Below are positions 29,100 to 43,056 of a stretch of 64,000 nucleotides of DNA, piece after piece; within the stretch, counting starts at the first letter, position 1, and every line of letters begins with the position of its first letter. The stretch lies in the NCBI RefSeq assembly GCF_009914755.1, contig NC_060931.1. One strand, written 5' to 3'. The notes under the pieces were generated by a model that had not been told where the DNA came from, did no database searches, and was given only the letters and a program-made list of their open reading frames with translations. Origin of the DNA: the human T2T-CHM13v2.0 reference genome, Homo sapiens. The position numbers were made by a program, and so were the translations under genes.

Positions 29100-31400
29100 T
29101 TATATACTTCCATTTTTAAATATAACACTCTAAAACTGCTATACATTTTTAAAATTTAGATAATATCCACAAAATTGTTTTATCAAAATACATATTTATT
29201 TTTCTTTTGTTACTTTCCCTTCCCCACTACAAACACACACATACATACACACATGCACGCACACACACACACACACATTTTTCTCTTCCTCAATTTTTCC
29301 AGTTTAGCTAGTGGCAACTTTTAGGTAGTTCTATAATTCAGTGCTGACATAATTATGATAATGAAAATATTACTCATAGCTAAGCAATGTAGTGTGCTGT
29401 GACACTTCCTTTATTTTACAACTTATTGATTTCCCTGGAGTTATACATTCTCAGGTTCTCTAAAGGAAAACTTAGTCACTTCAACAGGATCAAATATATT
29501 CAGCAATCCATCTGCCTCATGTTTTCCTTGGAGACATAAGTCCTGGATAACTCCATCACCCTGCACCTATTTGATGGGATTAAACTCCTTGCTTGCTGCT
29601 CTGCTGACATCAGTAATTGCCTTGCTTCTTCGTTTCCAATTTCCTGTTTCTTTAAAACAATCCATGTATTCCTTTTACTGTTTGTTTCCTTGTTTTGTTG
29701 GAGTACTTCCTCCAGTAGCTTCCTGAGAAAAGGTGCATCGGGAAAACAATTTTTTGAAAATTTACGTGCTTTACCTTACACTTGATTGATAATTTGGATA
29801 TACAATTCTAGTTTGGAAATTATCATTTCTCAGAATTTTTAAGGTATTTCACATTGTCTTTAGCTTCCAGTGTTATTAAAAAGTCTACTGCCTTTTTGAC
29901 TATTATTCCAATGTACTGTCATTTATCTTTCTCTCTGGAGCTGTAATATAATTTCTTCAGTGTTCCCAAACCTCTTGTCAACGTCCTGTTCATTATTTCA
30001 CTTCCTACTTATGATGTCTTTCAATCTGGCTTCCAAGTCCATTAGTTATGGGAAATTATACATGGGTATATATAATTTAAATAAACAAATTTTATATGAA
30101 TATATGAGTAAGCATTCTTACTATATACAAATATATGAGAATCACAAATACATATGTATGCATATATGTATATGTGAGTATATACAAATATATACACACA
30201 CACACATACACATTAAAAAATAATTTCTTCCCCTTGATTTTTTTTCTTTCTTTTCGGAAACCTTATTTTATACTTCATAGACTGATCTAATTTCCTATGA
30301 CTTTATCTTCTATTTTTTATTTCTTTGCCTTTTTTCTAGGAGAGTCTCCTTAACTTTACCTTTCTTCACTTCTACTTAATGTTGCAGTTATGAATTTTTA
30401 TAAATTATCTCAATGGCCCTTTTATATAGCACTCTAAATCTTGTTTTACACATGAAAGATCTCTTATCTAAGGATGTATAATATCATTTTTTGAAGTTTT
30501 CTTCAGTTTCCTGCATTGTCTCGGTTGCCTCTGTTTTTTGCTTTTGTCTTTTTTTTCTTTTTATCCTGTTTGTCATTTTGACTTTCTCATTAAGTTCAAA
30601 GCTTTCTTCAATCATACATAATCTTTGTTTATCCATATTTAAGAGTAAGACTTTGAAAAGCTAGTTGAAAGCCCATTCTGCATGGGCAGGTTTGCTAACA
30701 GGTAAGTAGGGTGTTCAGTTGGTGACCTGGCCATTTTGTTTGCAAATCCCAAAATGTCAGTCTCTGAAGAGCTCCTCTCTTGTGCCAATAGCTGCAGAAA
30801 TTACGTTTACAAACTCCTTTCTAATTCTAGGATTCAAGAAGGGAGGAGCCTGGGTATCTCACACCTCAAAGAAGAGGCTTTATTTAATTCTAAAATAGTT
30901 TCCTGTTTTAGAATGATGCCTCATACATCTCTTAGCTCCAGCTATCTCTGAGTCCAGAGCTTCTTGGGTTCAACCCAGGGCTGAGTTCAGTATGGGAAGG
31001 ATCTGGGAATATAATTTATTTTAAACACTTTCAATGAATCTTTATGTTTTCAGCTATATTTTGCACCCAGCTTTTTAAAGGCAGCTTGTGGCTCCTGTTT
31101 CTAAAATCTTCCAGAGATATGAGGTGCAAATGTGATTATTTCCCAATAGAAATATTTATTATATATTATCCCAGTAGAGGCCCTTAGCTTTTTGCTCTTT
31201 CTGCTCTTAGAAGACAATGATCTCTCTTCTGGCTCTACAATTTTGTTAGCATTTCTTATCTGACACTATCTTCTCTTTTATCATCTTTATCCTCACAGAT
31301 TTAAGTCTTCATTTTTCCTTTATTTTATTCCAATGGGGCATTTGAAAGAAAATAAAGATAGATATGCTTGTTCAAGCCACCATGCTTAATCAAAACTCTA
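29100..31400 (-). mobile_element. Old L1M (ME/MC-like) antisense fragments
   Basis: T-rich; TCCTCCAGTAGCTTCCTGAGAAAAGGTGCA, CACTTGATTGATAATTTGG, AGAATTTTTAAGGTATT...AAGTCTACTGCC match antisense L1 ORF1/5' region. Confidence 0.65.
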
Positions 31401-32424
31401 GTAAACTGAACTATTTTAACATAACATAAATTGTTCGGCTATATTTTAATATGGCTAAATATCTAGTCAAGATATTCTTATTTCTTACTACTAAAAGTAC
31501 TTAAAATTGACAGTAAAAATAACTTGGCCTTTATTACATAAAATTCAAATATTTTTGGTTTGATGTAGAAGTCAGCTGTAACATAGATGCAGGATGGAAA
31601 TTTTAACTTGATATTAGGCTCCTTTATCACAGGTCTTCTCTTGAATCTAGGAATTCGGTTATTCACACTTGCAATTTCTATATGGTGACATGACTCATCA
31701 TTTATTTTTACTATAATTAAGTTTTCTGCTGCAACAGAAATATGACTTTTTGTACTCTGAGATGAGCTATTTTATTCTGGAAGGAAAAATAAATTTCACA
31801 ATAAAAAGCAGATTGACTAATGGTTAATGATAAGTCATGTCATTAAGTATCTCCTAATGTTAAAAATATGTCATGAGTCATGAAATCTAGTAAGCTAAAA
31901 TAATTACAGAGGAATCCCTGCAACAAAACAGATGATAAACCAAATTTAAAGCAGTTATATATCTGAAGCCCAACCATGTAGAAGAAAATTTAAACCAACA
32001 GCCTACAAAGTAAGTATCAATCTTATCATTCTGAAACTTTGTAAAGGAATTACACTAATAAATTTGAGTTAATTTTTTAATTTATATTTTTCTAGCTACA
32101 TTTTATGTTGTTAAAATGTTTTACTTTTACATGATATATCCAATTTATAAACATCTACATGACAAAAAAAGAAAGTTAAATCAGTCCAAGACATATCAAC
32201 TGCAGAAAACTAATACAGGGCTCATAGTTATAATTTGTCAATATTTTACTTGCTAAGTTAAAAAGGAGAAAGACAAAAGACTTGCCATCTAATTATTAAT
32301 TACACAAAAATCTTTCAGGAAAGGAAGTGAAACTTGAGACATCGTTTTTGGAGAACACCTATATTTCCAATACTTCATTTTGCCCATTTCCTCAAATATT
32401 CTATAAAGGAAAAAGAACCTTAAA

Positions 32425-32595
32425 CATAAATGTTAATGTAAAAGGTTTCTTGTTACAGTAAAATAACAAAGTGGGGAGATATTGATCAAAAGGTATAAAA
32501 TTTCAGTTAGACAGGTGGAATAAGTTCAAGAGACACAAGGTGAGTATAATTAATAACAATTTATTGTATACTTGAAAATGTCTAAGAAAGTAGCT
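32425..32595 (+). mobile_element. L1MA 3' UTR fragment
   Basis: GGGGAGATATTGATCAAAAGGTATAAAATTTCAGTTAGACAGG...AATAACAATTTATTGTATACTTGAAAAT. Confidence 0.75.
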
Positions 32596-32599
32596 TGTA

Positions 32600-32913
32600 T
32601 TTTTTTTTTTTGAGACAGGGTCTCACTCTGTCGCCCAAGCTGGAGTACAGTGGCGCAATCACTGCTCACTGCAGCCTTGACCCCCCAGGCTCCAGCGATC
32701 CTCCTGCCTCAGCCTCCCCAGTGGCTGAGATTACAGCTGTACACCACTATGCACTATACCTCGCTAATTTCTTTCTTTCTTTTTTTTTTCTTTTAAGAGA
32801 TGGGGTTTCACCATGTTGCCTAGGCTAGTCTCGAACTCCTGAACTCAAGCGATCCTCCCATCTCAGCCTCCCAAAGTGTTGAGATTACTCAGCCTCCCAA
32901 AGTGTTGAGATTA
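32600..32913 (-). mobile_element. AluJ lacking its head, with a 26-bp duplication
   Basis: CACTGCAGCCTTGACC (J-like); CTCAGCCTCCCAAAGTGTTGAGATTA x2. Confidence 0.9.
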
Positions 32914-33020
32914 GTGATTTATAGTGTATAAACATAAATGAGTCACTATTGCTATAACACAGGGCCAGTTTGTGACAAAAAAAAAAGTGTGAGGATACTG
33001 GGTTAACATGTAGATTCTGA

Positions 33021-33532
33021 TACCCAAAGGACTATAAATCATGCTGCTATAAAGACACATGAACACGTATGTTTATTGCGGCACTATTCACAATAGCAAA
33101 GACTTGGAACCAACCCAAATGTCCAACAATGATAGACTGGATTAAGAAAATGTGGCACATATACACCATGGAATACTATGCAGCCATAAAAAATGATGAG
33201 TTCATGTCCTTTGTAGGGACATGGATGAAATTGGAAATCATCATTCTCAGTAAACTATCGCAAGGACAAAAAACCAAACACCTCATGTTCTCACTCACAG
33301 ATGGGAATTGAACAATGAGAACACATGGACACAGGAAGGGGAACATCACACTCTGGGGACTGTTGCGGGGTGGGGGAAGGGGGGAGGGATAGCATTAGGA
33401 GATATACCTAATGCTGAATGACGAGTTAATGGGTGCAGCACACCAGCATGGCACATGTATACATATATAACTAACCTGCACATTGTGCACACGTACCCTA
33501 AAACTTAAAGTATAATAATAATTAAAAAAAAA
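33021..33532 (+). mobile_element. 5'-truncated L1PA3-like LINE-1
   Basis: ORF2 C-terminus MFIAALFTIAKTWNQPKCPTMIDWIKKMWHIYTMEYY... (33069-33311); 3' UTR GCATTAGGAGATATACCTAATGCT...GACGAGTTAATGGG; perfect 16-bp TSD AACATGTAGATTCTGA (33005-33020, 33533-33548). Confidence 0.95.
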
Positions 33533-34209
33533 AACATGTAGATTCTGAAGAGGAAAAACTATTTCTGTAAGTGACCCCTTTAAAATGGGATTAACATCTC
33601 AGAGCATTTCTGACATCCGAATCAGTTAGCTCAATGTGTCTGCTAAAATTTTGCAGCCTTGGGCACTATAGCTGTTACAAGTAAGTGAAGCTTTATGCTA
33701 CTGCAATTAATTAGCAGAAAGACACCTAATTATAAACCTCTTAGAATAGCAGGAAGGATTTTAGAGAAATTTAGACCCAAGATGCTTAATTGCACATTTT
33801 ATTTAAACAAGTTGTATGTCTCCTTTTAAAGCTATCTGTTAAACTCCTATTCACTTCAGTATGGACTGATTTAAAATGCAGCTATAGCATTCCCTGACCC
33901 CATGCCATCCCACAACAAAACAGAGTTAATCATTCTCTCCTATGTATTACCACTGTATGTGGACATTCTTTATGATTTCATTTGTTATATAGTATTCTGA
34001 TTAATTGCATATGTAGGTGAATATGAATTTTTGCCACTCCAACCTGTAGGAGCCTAGCAAATAGTTGGCATTCAATAAATAAGAATCTATGAGATTTAAA
34101 ATTAAAAGGATTTATGCATGTAGTTGGTGACTGCCTATGTATCTGCAAAAATCATTTTAAATGTCAGGGTTTAGGATACTATTATTTCTCATTAGTAAAA
34201 ACTCATATT

Positions 34210-34517
34210 GGCGGGGAGTGGTGGCTTATGCCTGTAATCTCAGCATTATGGGAGGCGGAGGTGGGAAGATCGCTTAAGTCCAGGAGTTGGAGACCAGCCA
34301 GGGAAACATAGTGAGGCTCTGTGTCTACCAAAAAAAAAAAAAAAAAATTAGCCAGGTATGGTGGCACACATCTATAGTCCCAGCTAATCAGGTGGCTGAG
34401 GCAGGTGAATGAATCCCTTGAGCCCAGGAGGCTGAGGCTGCAGTGAGCAAGGTCGTGCCACTGCACTCCAGCCTGAGCAACAGAGACCCTGTCTCAAAAA
34501 ATAAACAAATAGAAAAA
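34210..34517 (+). mobile_element. AluJ
   Basis: GATCGCTTAAGTCCAGGAG, AACATAGTGAG; TSD AAAAACTCA(T/C)ATT. Confidence 0.92.
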
Positions 34518-35826
34518 ACTCACATTAAAATGTATTACCCTATTTAATAGTATAACAACAATCTTGATCATTGATCTGTAACATGAATGTCTCCTGGCAG
34601 CTAATACTAAGATACCACACCTGTTAATACTTCCTTTGTGGGGGGAGATGTTGAATGGCAAGCTATCACTTGTTTTCAATTGGTAACTTCACATAATTAG
34701 AAGTGTGTTTCTTCTAATATTACCAATGCTGTTGCACAATATAAAGAATGTATACAATTTGTAGACTAGCAGAGTCAACATTCCTTTTCAAAAAAAATTT
34801 TTGTAAAAAAGTCATTATAATTATAGAATAAAAAGGGTTTCTATTAAACAAATGAACAAACAGAATTCTAGGATACAATGGCTACGTTTTTATTCCTGAG
34901 ATCACCTTTAGCCTTTTTAATGTAGTTGTAGTCTTTACCAATATCTGTGCCTTATAACATTGGCCAGCTTATTCTATATAGCACATTTTCTTGGGAATGT
35001 ATTATATTTCAGATGCTGGAGGCTGTTAATAAAGATTTTACTATAAAACAAAACGACTAATAAGCAATCTTAATAAATAATTATGTATTCATCCACCTTC
35101 ATAAACAAGAAACAACCTTAAGTTTCCTCAATTATTTTCTTGTAATACGGATATATAAGAAGCAGAATTTATTGCCAAGGGGTGGTTTTAATTAGAATCA
35201 AGTAGAGTAAAATTGAAATTTTAATAATTTTTTAAAAACCTTTCCTCATTAAATATATTAAAACAAAATTATTATGAAATACATCACTAACTAGAAAATG
35301 TTATTCAAAAACTCTTCAATACAAAAATGTTTGCAGCTATTGTAGAATTATACACACCGACTGGTAATTATTGAGTAATATTTAGTATGAATTTTTAAAA
35401 TGCTCCAGTAGCAAATAATGACTCTAAAAACTAGTATCATGTAAATGTTTTCCACCAATAGGGAATCCCAGGGCAATGCAGACATTCCCATCTACCACCC
35501 AGTTCTTTGATTTCTGAGTGTACTAGTATATATAAAAGGACTAGAACTGTAACTGCCACTAAAAGATAACATTACAGAGTGGCATTATGAAGTCATCTGA
35601 GATTCCACTGTCTTCTTTCTTCTTCTAAGCTTATATATTTCAGAAACATAATCCAGGTTTTCCATTCTTTTCTATAATATTGTTAACATCTGAATGACCG
35701 TATTTACTCTCTTTACTTAAAATTGGTGACCAGAACTTATGAATAAGTTTCCTTTCTTTACTTTAAATTTCATATTTATAGTTCAATCATACTATGAAAT
35801 TTATTTTTAAAAAGAGTGCAAATGTC

Positions 35827-35972
35827 TTTTTTTTTTTTTTAAGAGACAAGGGTCTCACTATGTTGCCCATGCTGGAAAGCAATGGCTTTTCACAGGCACA
35901 CTTCAGCCTCTAACTCCTAGGCTTGAGTGTTCTGAGTAGCAGGGGCTATAGGCGCATGCTACCACACCCAGC
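35827..35972 (-). mobile_element. FAM-like Alu monomer
   Basis: GGTCTCACTATGTTGCCC...ATGGCTTTTCACAGGC. Confidence 0.75.
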
Positions 35973-36017
35973 TCCAAATGTCTAATGAGGCAAGTTTATG
36001 TACATATAATTCAATTA

Positions 36018-36328
<311 letters not shown>

Positions 36329-36628
36329 GTAAAAATAATAGTAAATACCAAGTCATTTTTACTCACCTGGTTAATTGGGAAAAAAAAATTCTCTGCTTAT
36401 CATACAAACATGTTGTTAACATTAAAGACATACTATGTACAAAATGAAAGTTGATCATATACCAAATTATTCTCAGTAGGTTTTTTTGTTTGTTTTGGGG
36501 GGTTTTAGGGAGAAAGTAGGTTAAAGTGGAAACTTTTACTTTCTCATTATTGTTTTGGGTATTTTGCAATCAGCATTTTCTCAGAAAGAACAGTGAAGAT
36601 AGTTTTACTTAAAAAGTTAGATGAGAAT

Positions 36629-36925
36629 GGCTGGGTGCGGTGGCTCACGTCTGTAATCCCAGCACTTTGGGAGGCAGGAGTGGGCAGATCACTTGAGGTC
36701 AGGAGTTCGAGACCAGCCTGGCCAACATGGTGAAACCCCATCTCTACTAAAAATACAAAAATTAGCCAGGCGTGGTGGTAGGCACCTGTAGTCCCAGCTA
36801 CTGGGGAAGCTGAGGCACAAGATCACTTGAACCTGGGAGGCGGAGGTTACACTGAGCTGAGATCATGTCACTGCACTCCAGCCTAGGCAACAGAGCAAGA
36901 CTCTATCTCAAAAAAAAAAAAAAAA
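36629..36925 (+). mobile_element. AluS (Sz-like)
   Basis: Full Alu; TSD AAAAAGTTAGATGAG. Confidence 0.95.
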
Positions 36926-37109
36926 GTTAGATGAGAGTAGAATGCATAATTTCAAAGTGTCTTCACTTCACTATCACATCTTTCAAACTTCAGTTTTATT
37001 ATATGAGTAGCAATCAGATAAACATAATTGATTTCTACAGCCCTAAATTAATAGGATTATAGAAAATCAGAAAATATTAGAGAGCTTATAAAGGGAAAAA
37101 ACCTATATT

Positions 37110-37630
37110 TTACTCATTAACCAACTTATTCATTCAGTAAATATTTATAGAACACCCACTATATATCAGGAACGATGTTAGGCCCAACAGGTATGAAGAT
37201 AAATATGAACTGAAATGGGCGCGTATGGATTTTACCAGTTAGGAGACAATGAAACAAACAAAAACTTGAATCATGACCGATCTGTGATCATTGCTCTGAA
37301 GATAATACAGGTAGGTGTCTCTCATTCAGAATAACAATAGGGGTGGGTGTCTGATTTAAACAACATCGTCAAGCAGGCTATTTTGATCTTCACACTGAGA
37401 CCTAAGGTAAAGAAAGAAAAAGTAAATAAAGCACGAAGTTAGGGAATTTTTTTTTTAAGTAAAGGGAACAGAATGTGCAAATACTCTCAGACAGCAATAA
37501 AGATAAAGAAGGCCTGTGGACTGAAGCATTGTAATGGGTAAAGAGGAATTAAATCAGAAAGGAAAGGACAAACTAGATCATAGAAGGACTCATAGCCCTT
37601 AATAGGATTACAGATACCATTTTAAATGAA
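37110..37630 (-). mobile_element. L2 fragment
   Basis: ATTCATTCAGTAAATATTTATAGAACACCCACTATATATCAGG is the antisense L2 3' end, followed by a purine-rich body. Confidence 0.7.
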
Positions 37631-38337
37631 TAATATTTTATACGTAAAAGAATGAAAATTTGAAAAGCTCTTTCATCATGTAATATACAAACCATGTTGT
37701 CCACATAAAACAAAAGTAAAAGCCATGAGTAATTCATATAAAACTAAAGGTTATCAGAATATATATGAAAAGCCTCAGTAATTTGCTATATTTGCTACCG
37801 TAAGTATGCAGGAAAGACCATGTTTTCACAGTAATTATTTCTAACTCCTAAAGTTTAAACACGTCAACCATGTTTTCCAACTTAAGGACATTATTAAATG
37901 ATAGTCAACCAAAGGAAGAAGGCTTCTTAAATTAGAATACTTAGAATAGTGAGGTTACAGCAATTCAGAATACTGAGAATTCAAATCTAATCCACAAATC
38001 TGTCTTCTATAATAAAAATAAATAATGTAAAACTAAAATATTATAAATATAATAATCTAGATTTACTATTTACTTTCTAAAATTAAAATATGCGTGAAAC
38101 TGATATAGTCTCATTTTTCAAAACAGTCTGAATACTTTAATATAAGGAAAAACTAGGATCTGTATTACTGGTGTTAGTGATTATAATGAAGCAGTTGATA
38201 ACTTCCAAATTTAAATTTCACAAAGGAAGATTTGTTAGGTTGATAAATAACATCCAAATGTAGACATTGCAATTTAATTAACATATTACAGTTTCATTGA
38301 ATTTGCATAAAAGTTGAGATGGTAAGAATGTGAATGA

Positions 38338-38674
<337 letters not shown>

Positions 38675-38978
38675 AGGTTTGCTATCTTAAGACAGTAACC
38701 CAATGTCTTAGGGTGATCATTTTTCTCTTATAAACTTGATGAATCAAAATATAAATATATACATAGTACAAAATGTAAATGTTGCCCTAACCATACACAA
38801 CGAAAAAAGAGTTGTTAAGAGTAGCTTGATAATGATCCTTTTTATTCCCACCAACATAGATGGTAGAAAATTTGATACCTAATTTTCAAGTATTTCAAAT
38901 ATGAATTCTTTTTTAAATAAATTTTCTTACATAAATAAGGGATGTTTGCATTAAATTGTGTATTAATTTTGGTAAATA

Positions 38979-39303
<325 letters not shown>

Positions 39304-39657
39304 TACGCTTTTATATTTTATAGACAGAATATATTTAAATTTTCTTTCCTAAATAATGTTCCATGAACCTATAAACTCTATTGAAATAACAAAATCTACA
39401 TATAACTGTACCCCTTATTAGAGTTCTAGATTTTGGGGGTTTTTGGTGATTTTTCATATAAAAAATGTTTTATGTATTAATAAAATTTCCATTTATGTAA
39501 TTGACACATAAATTTCTAAATGGTAACCCCTAATGTAGGCAAAGTGTGAGAGAACAAGTACATCCAAACATTAGACCATACTTTCACGGCCCAATTTGAT
39601 GATGTGTAATAAAACGCCTTGAAATACACAAATCCTCATCTCCATGATTTCTAATTC

Positions 39658-39963
39658 TTTTTTTTTTTTTTTTGGAGACGGAGTTTCGCTCTTGATGCCC
39701 AGGCTGGAGTGCAATGGTGCAATCTCGGTTCATGGCTGGCGACCTCTGCCTCCCGGGTTCAGGGGATTCTCCTGCCTCAGCCTCCCCAGTAGCTGGGAAA
39801 CAGGCATGCACCACCACACCCGGGTAATTTTGTATTTTTAGTAGAGATAGGGTTCCTCCATGTTGGTCAGGCTGGTCTCGAACTCCCGACCGACCTCATG
39901 TGAACCACCTGCCTCAGCTTCCCTAAGCGCTGGAAATACAGGCGTGAGCCACTGTGCCCAGCC
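39658..39963 (-). mobile_element. AluSp-like
   Basis: GAGTTTCGCTCTTG; TSD GATTTCTAATTCTT. Confidence 0.93.
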
Positions 39964-40195
39964 TACAGGATTTCTAATTCTTAAAATTTATTCAAGCAAT
40001 AATCCTGAATTTCAGAAATGACTATGTACAAGTCATGCATCCCAACAATAATTATATATGTAGACAAATATAAGCTAAAAATAATTGTCTACTAAAGGGG
40101 AATAGTTAAGTAAATCCTAGAATGTCTAAAAGATAGTTTATACAACCGTTAAAAACCATGTCACAAAAGAAGAGTTAACATAGGAGGCATGATGA

Positions 40196-40553
<358 letters not shown>

Positions 40554-40599
40554 AACATTTGGTCTTTAAGACCAAAATAATTATTATCAAGACAACTAT

Positions 40600-42263
40600 A
40601 TTACTCAAAGCAAGTACAGATCCATTGCAATATCTATCAAAATTCCAATGTTATTTTTCACAGAAATAGAAAAAAAAATTCTAAACTGTGTATGTAACTA
40701 AAAAAAAAAAAAAAACTCAAGTAGCCAAAGCAATCCTGAACTAAAAGAATGAAACTGGAGGCATCAGTACCTGACTTCAAAATATATTACAAGGCAATAG
40801 TAACCAAAATAGTATGGCATTGCTATAAAAATAGACACATAGACCAATGGAACAGAACAGAGAACTCAGGAATAAATCCACCTGTTTACAGCCAACTGAT
40901 TTTTTACAAAAGCGCTAAGTTGAAACTGGGCCCCTATCTTTCACCATATACAAAAATCAACTAAAGAGGGATTAAAGATGTAAATGTAAGATCCAAAACT
41001 ATAAAATTACTACAAGAGAAGATAGGGGAGACACTTCAGTACATTGGTCTAGGCAACAATTCTAAGGCCAGGACCTTAAAAACACAGGCAACAAAAACAA
41101 AATTAGACAAATGGGACTATATTAAACAAAAGCTTCTGCACAGCAAAGAAAACAACAGAGTAAAAAGACAACCTATTGAAGGGGAGAAAATATTTGCAAA
41201 CTATTAATCTGACAAGGGACTAATATCAAGGATATATAAGGAACTCAAACAATTCAACAGTTAAAAAATGGGCAGAGGACATGAATAGACATTTCTCAAA
41301 AGGAGACATACAAATGGCCAACAGGTATATTAAAAAAAAGTTCAACATCGCTAATCATCAGGGAAATGCAAATCAAAACCACAATGCGTTATTATCTTAT
41401 TCCAGCTAGAAGGACTATTAATAAAAGGACAAAATGTAATAGATGCTGTGAGAATGTAGAGAAAAGAGAACTCTTATATACTTTTGGTAGTAATGTAAAT
41501 TACTACAGCCACTACAGAAAACAGTATGGAGCTTCCTCAAAAAACTAAAAATTGAACTACCATATTATCCAATAATCCCATTAGTGGATATTAATCCAAA
41601 AAAAAAAAAAAAGAAAATCAGCGTATTAAAAGGATACCTGCACTCCCAAGTATGTTGCAGCACTATAACACAATAGCAAAGATAGTTATCAGTCTAAGTG
41701 TCCATCAGCAGATGAATAGATAAAGAAAATGTGGTAGCATATAGACTTAATGGAATACTATTGGGCCACAAAAAAAGAATGAAATTTTGTCATTAGCAGC
41801 AATATGAATGGAACCGGAGATCATTACGTTAAGTGAAATAAGCCAGAAGCAGAAAGACAAATATCACATGTTCTCATTCACATGTGGATGCTAAAAAAGT
41901 TTATTTTATGGAGGTAAAAAGTATAATGATAGATAACCAGAGGCTAGGAATATTTTAGGGGAGGGGTGTATAGAGAGGGGCATAAAGACAGGTTGGTTAA
42001 TGGGCACAAACACACAATGAAAGAGAAGGAATGAGTTCTAATGATTGATAACACAGTAGGGGACAATAGTTAACAACAATGTATTGTATATCTCGAAATA
42101 GCTAGAAGAGAGGACTTGATCAGTTCCCAACACAGAAACGGAAAATATCAATGCGACAGACACCCTAAATACCCTGACTTGATCGTTACACATTCTATGC
42201 ATGTAACAAAATATCATGTGTACACCGTAAGTATGTACACATATTATGTAATGACTCAAAAAA
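40600..42263 (+). mobile_element. L1MA (MA4-6-like) 3' part of ORF2 plus 3' UTR
   Basis: Peptides [29 protein letters not shown] and [13 protein letters not shown]; 3' UTR ...ACCCTGACTTGATCGTTACACATTCTATGCATGTAACAAAATATCA. Confidence 0.9.
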
Positions 42264-42535
42264 TGTTAATGTTAATTTTTTAAAAAAGAATTGCTATTAG
42301 TCTCAAATAGTCCTAACTCTACCACTAATTAATGTTGCAATCTTGGGTAATTTATTTATCTGAATTTCAGATAACTTCTCTCTAAAATGATAATTGTGAA
42401 GAATAACTTATGAAATTCATTTGAATTAAGACACTGTATTTTGTAAGAGTCTCATGCACACATTCACAGGCATACAAAGTATTTTGGCATAACAATGATT
42501 CTTAAAGTAAATATATAGAAATAATAGGATGATAA

Positions 42536-43056
42536 TAAAGGGAACCAAAAATATTTCGCTCCAAAATATACTTCTTTGACATATTTTGATATGGCTATTC
42601 AGAGGGTCTACAAATTAACGATAATCCTGAAAGCTGTCTTTTGTCAAGGAGACTTGCTCTGTTTAAAAAGAATCTTATTAGTGAAATAAACAATCAAGAT
42701 TGTTCTGGGGCCTACACCTTACCTGCAGATCTAGGAAATTAACTCAACCACAGCCTACCATCCATTATTTCTCAGAGCTGCTACCTGTGAGGTTTCATCT
42801 ACATAACAAGACTACCTTTGCCCCTTTCTCTCCTATAACCTGTCTTGCCATGCTCCAAGTCCCTATACTTTTTATAACACAAGATGGTATAAAAACAACA
42901 ACCATCTGGCCTATTCCTTGAGTTTTCATATTTTCTATGATGCTCATGCACATGTGTGCACAAATAATAAATTTATATGATTTTCTCCTATTAATTTGCT
43001 TTTCGTCAGTTGATTTTCATCATATCTATAGAGGGCAAAGGGAAGGTTTCCCTACA
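42536..43056 (+). mobile_element. 5' LTR (MER34-like)
   Basis: TAAAGGGAACCAAAAATATTTCGCTCCAAAATATACTTCTTTGACATATTTTGA...CCCTACA; TATAAAA at 42888 and AATAAA at 42966. Confidence 0.85.

Noticed and set aside
36361-36392. Minus-strand TTTTTTTTTCCCAATTAACCAG|GTGAGT recursive-splice-like motif
   Set aside because: Context resembles a degenerate L1 fragment; no independent support
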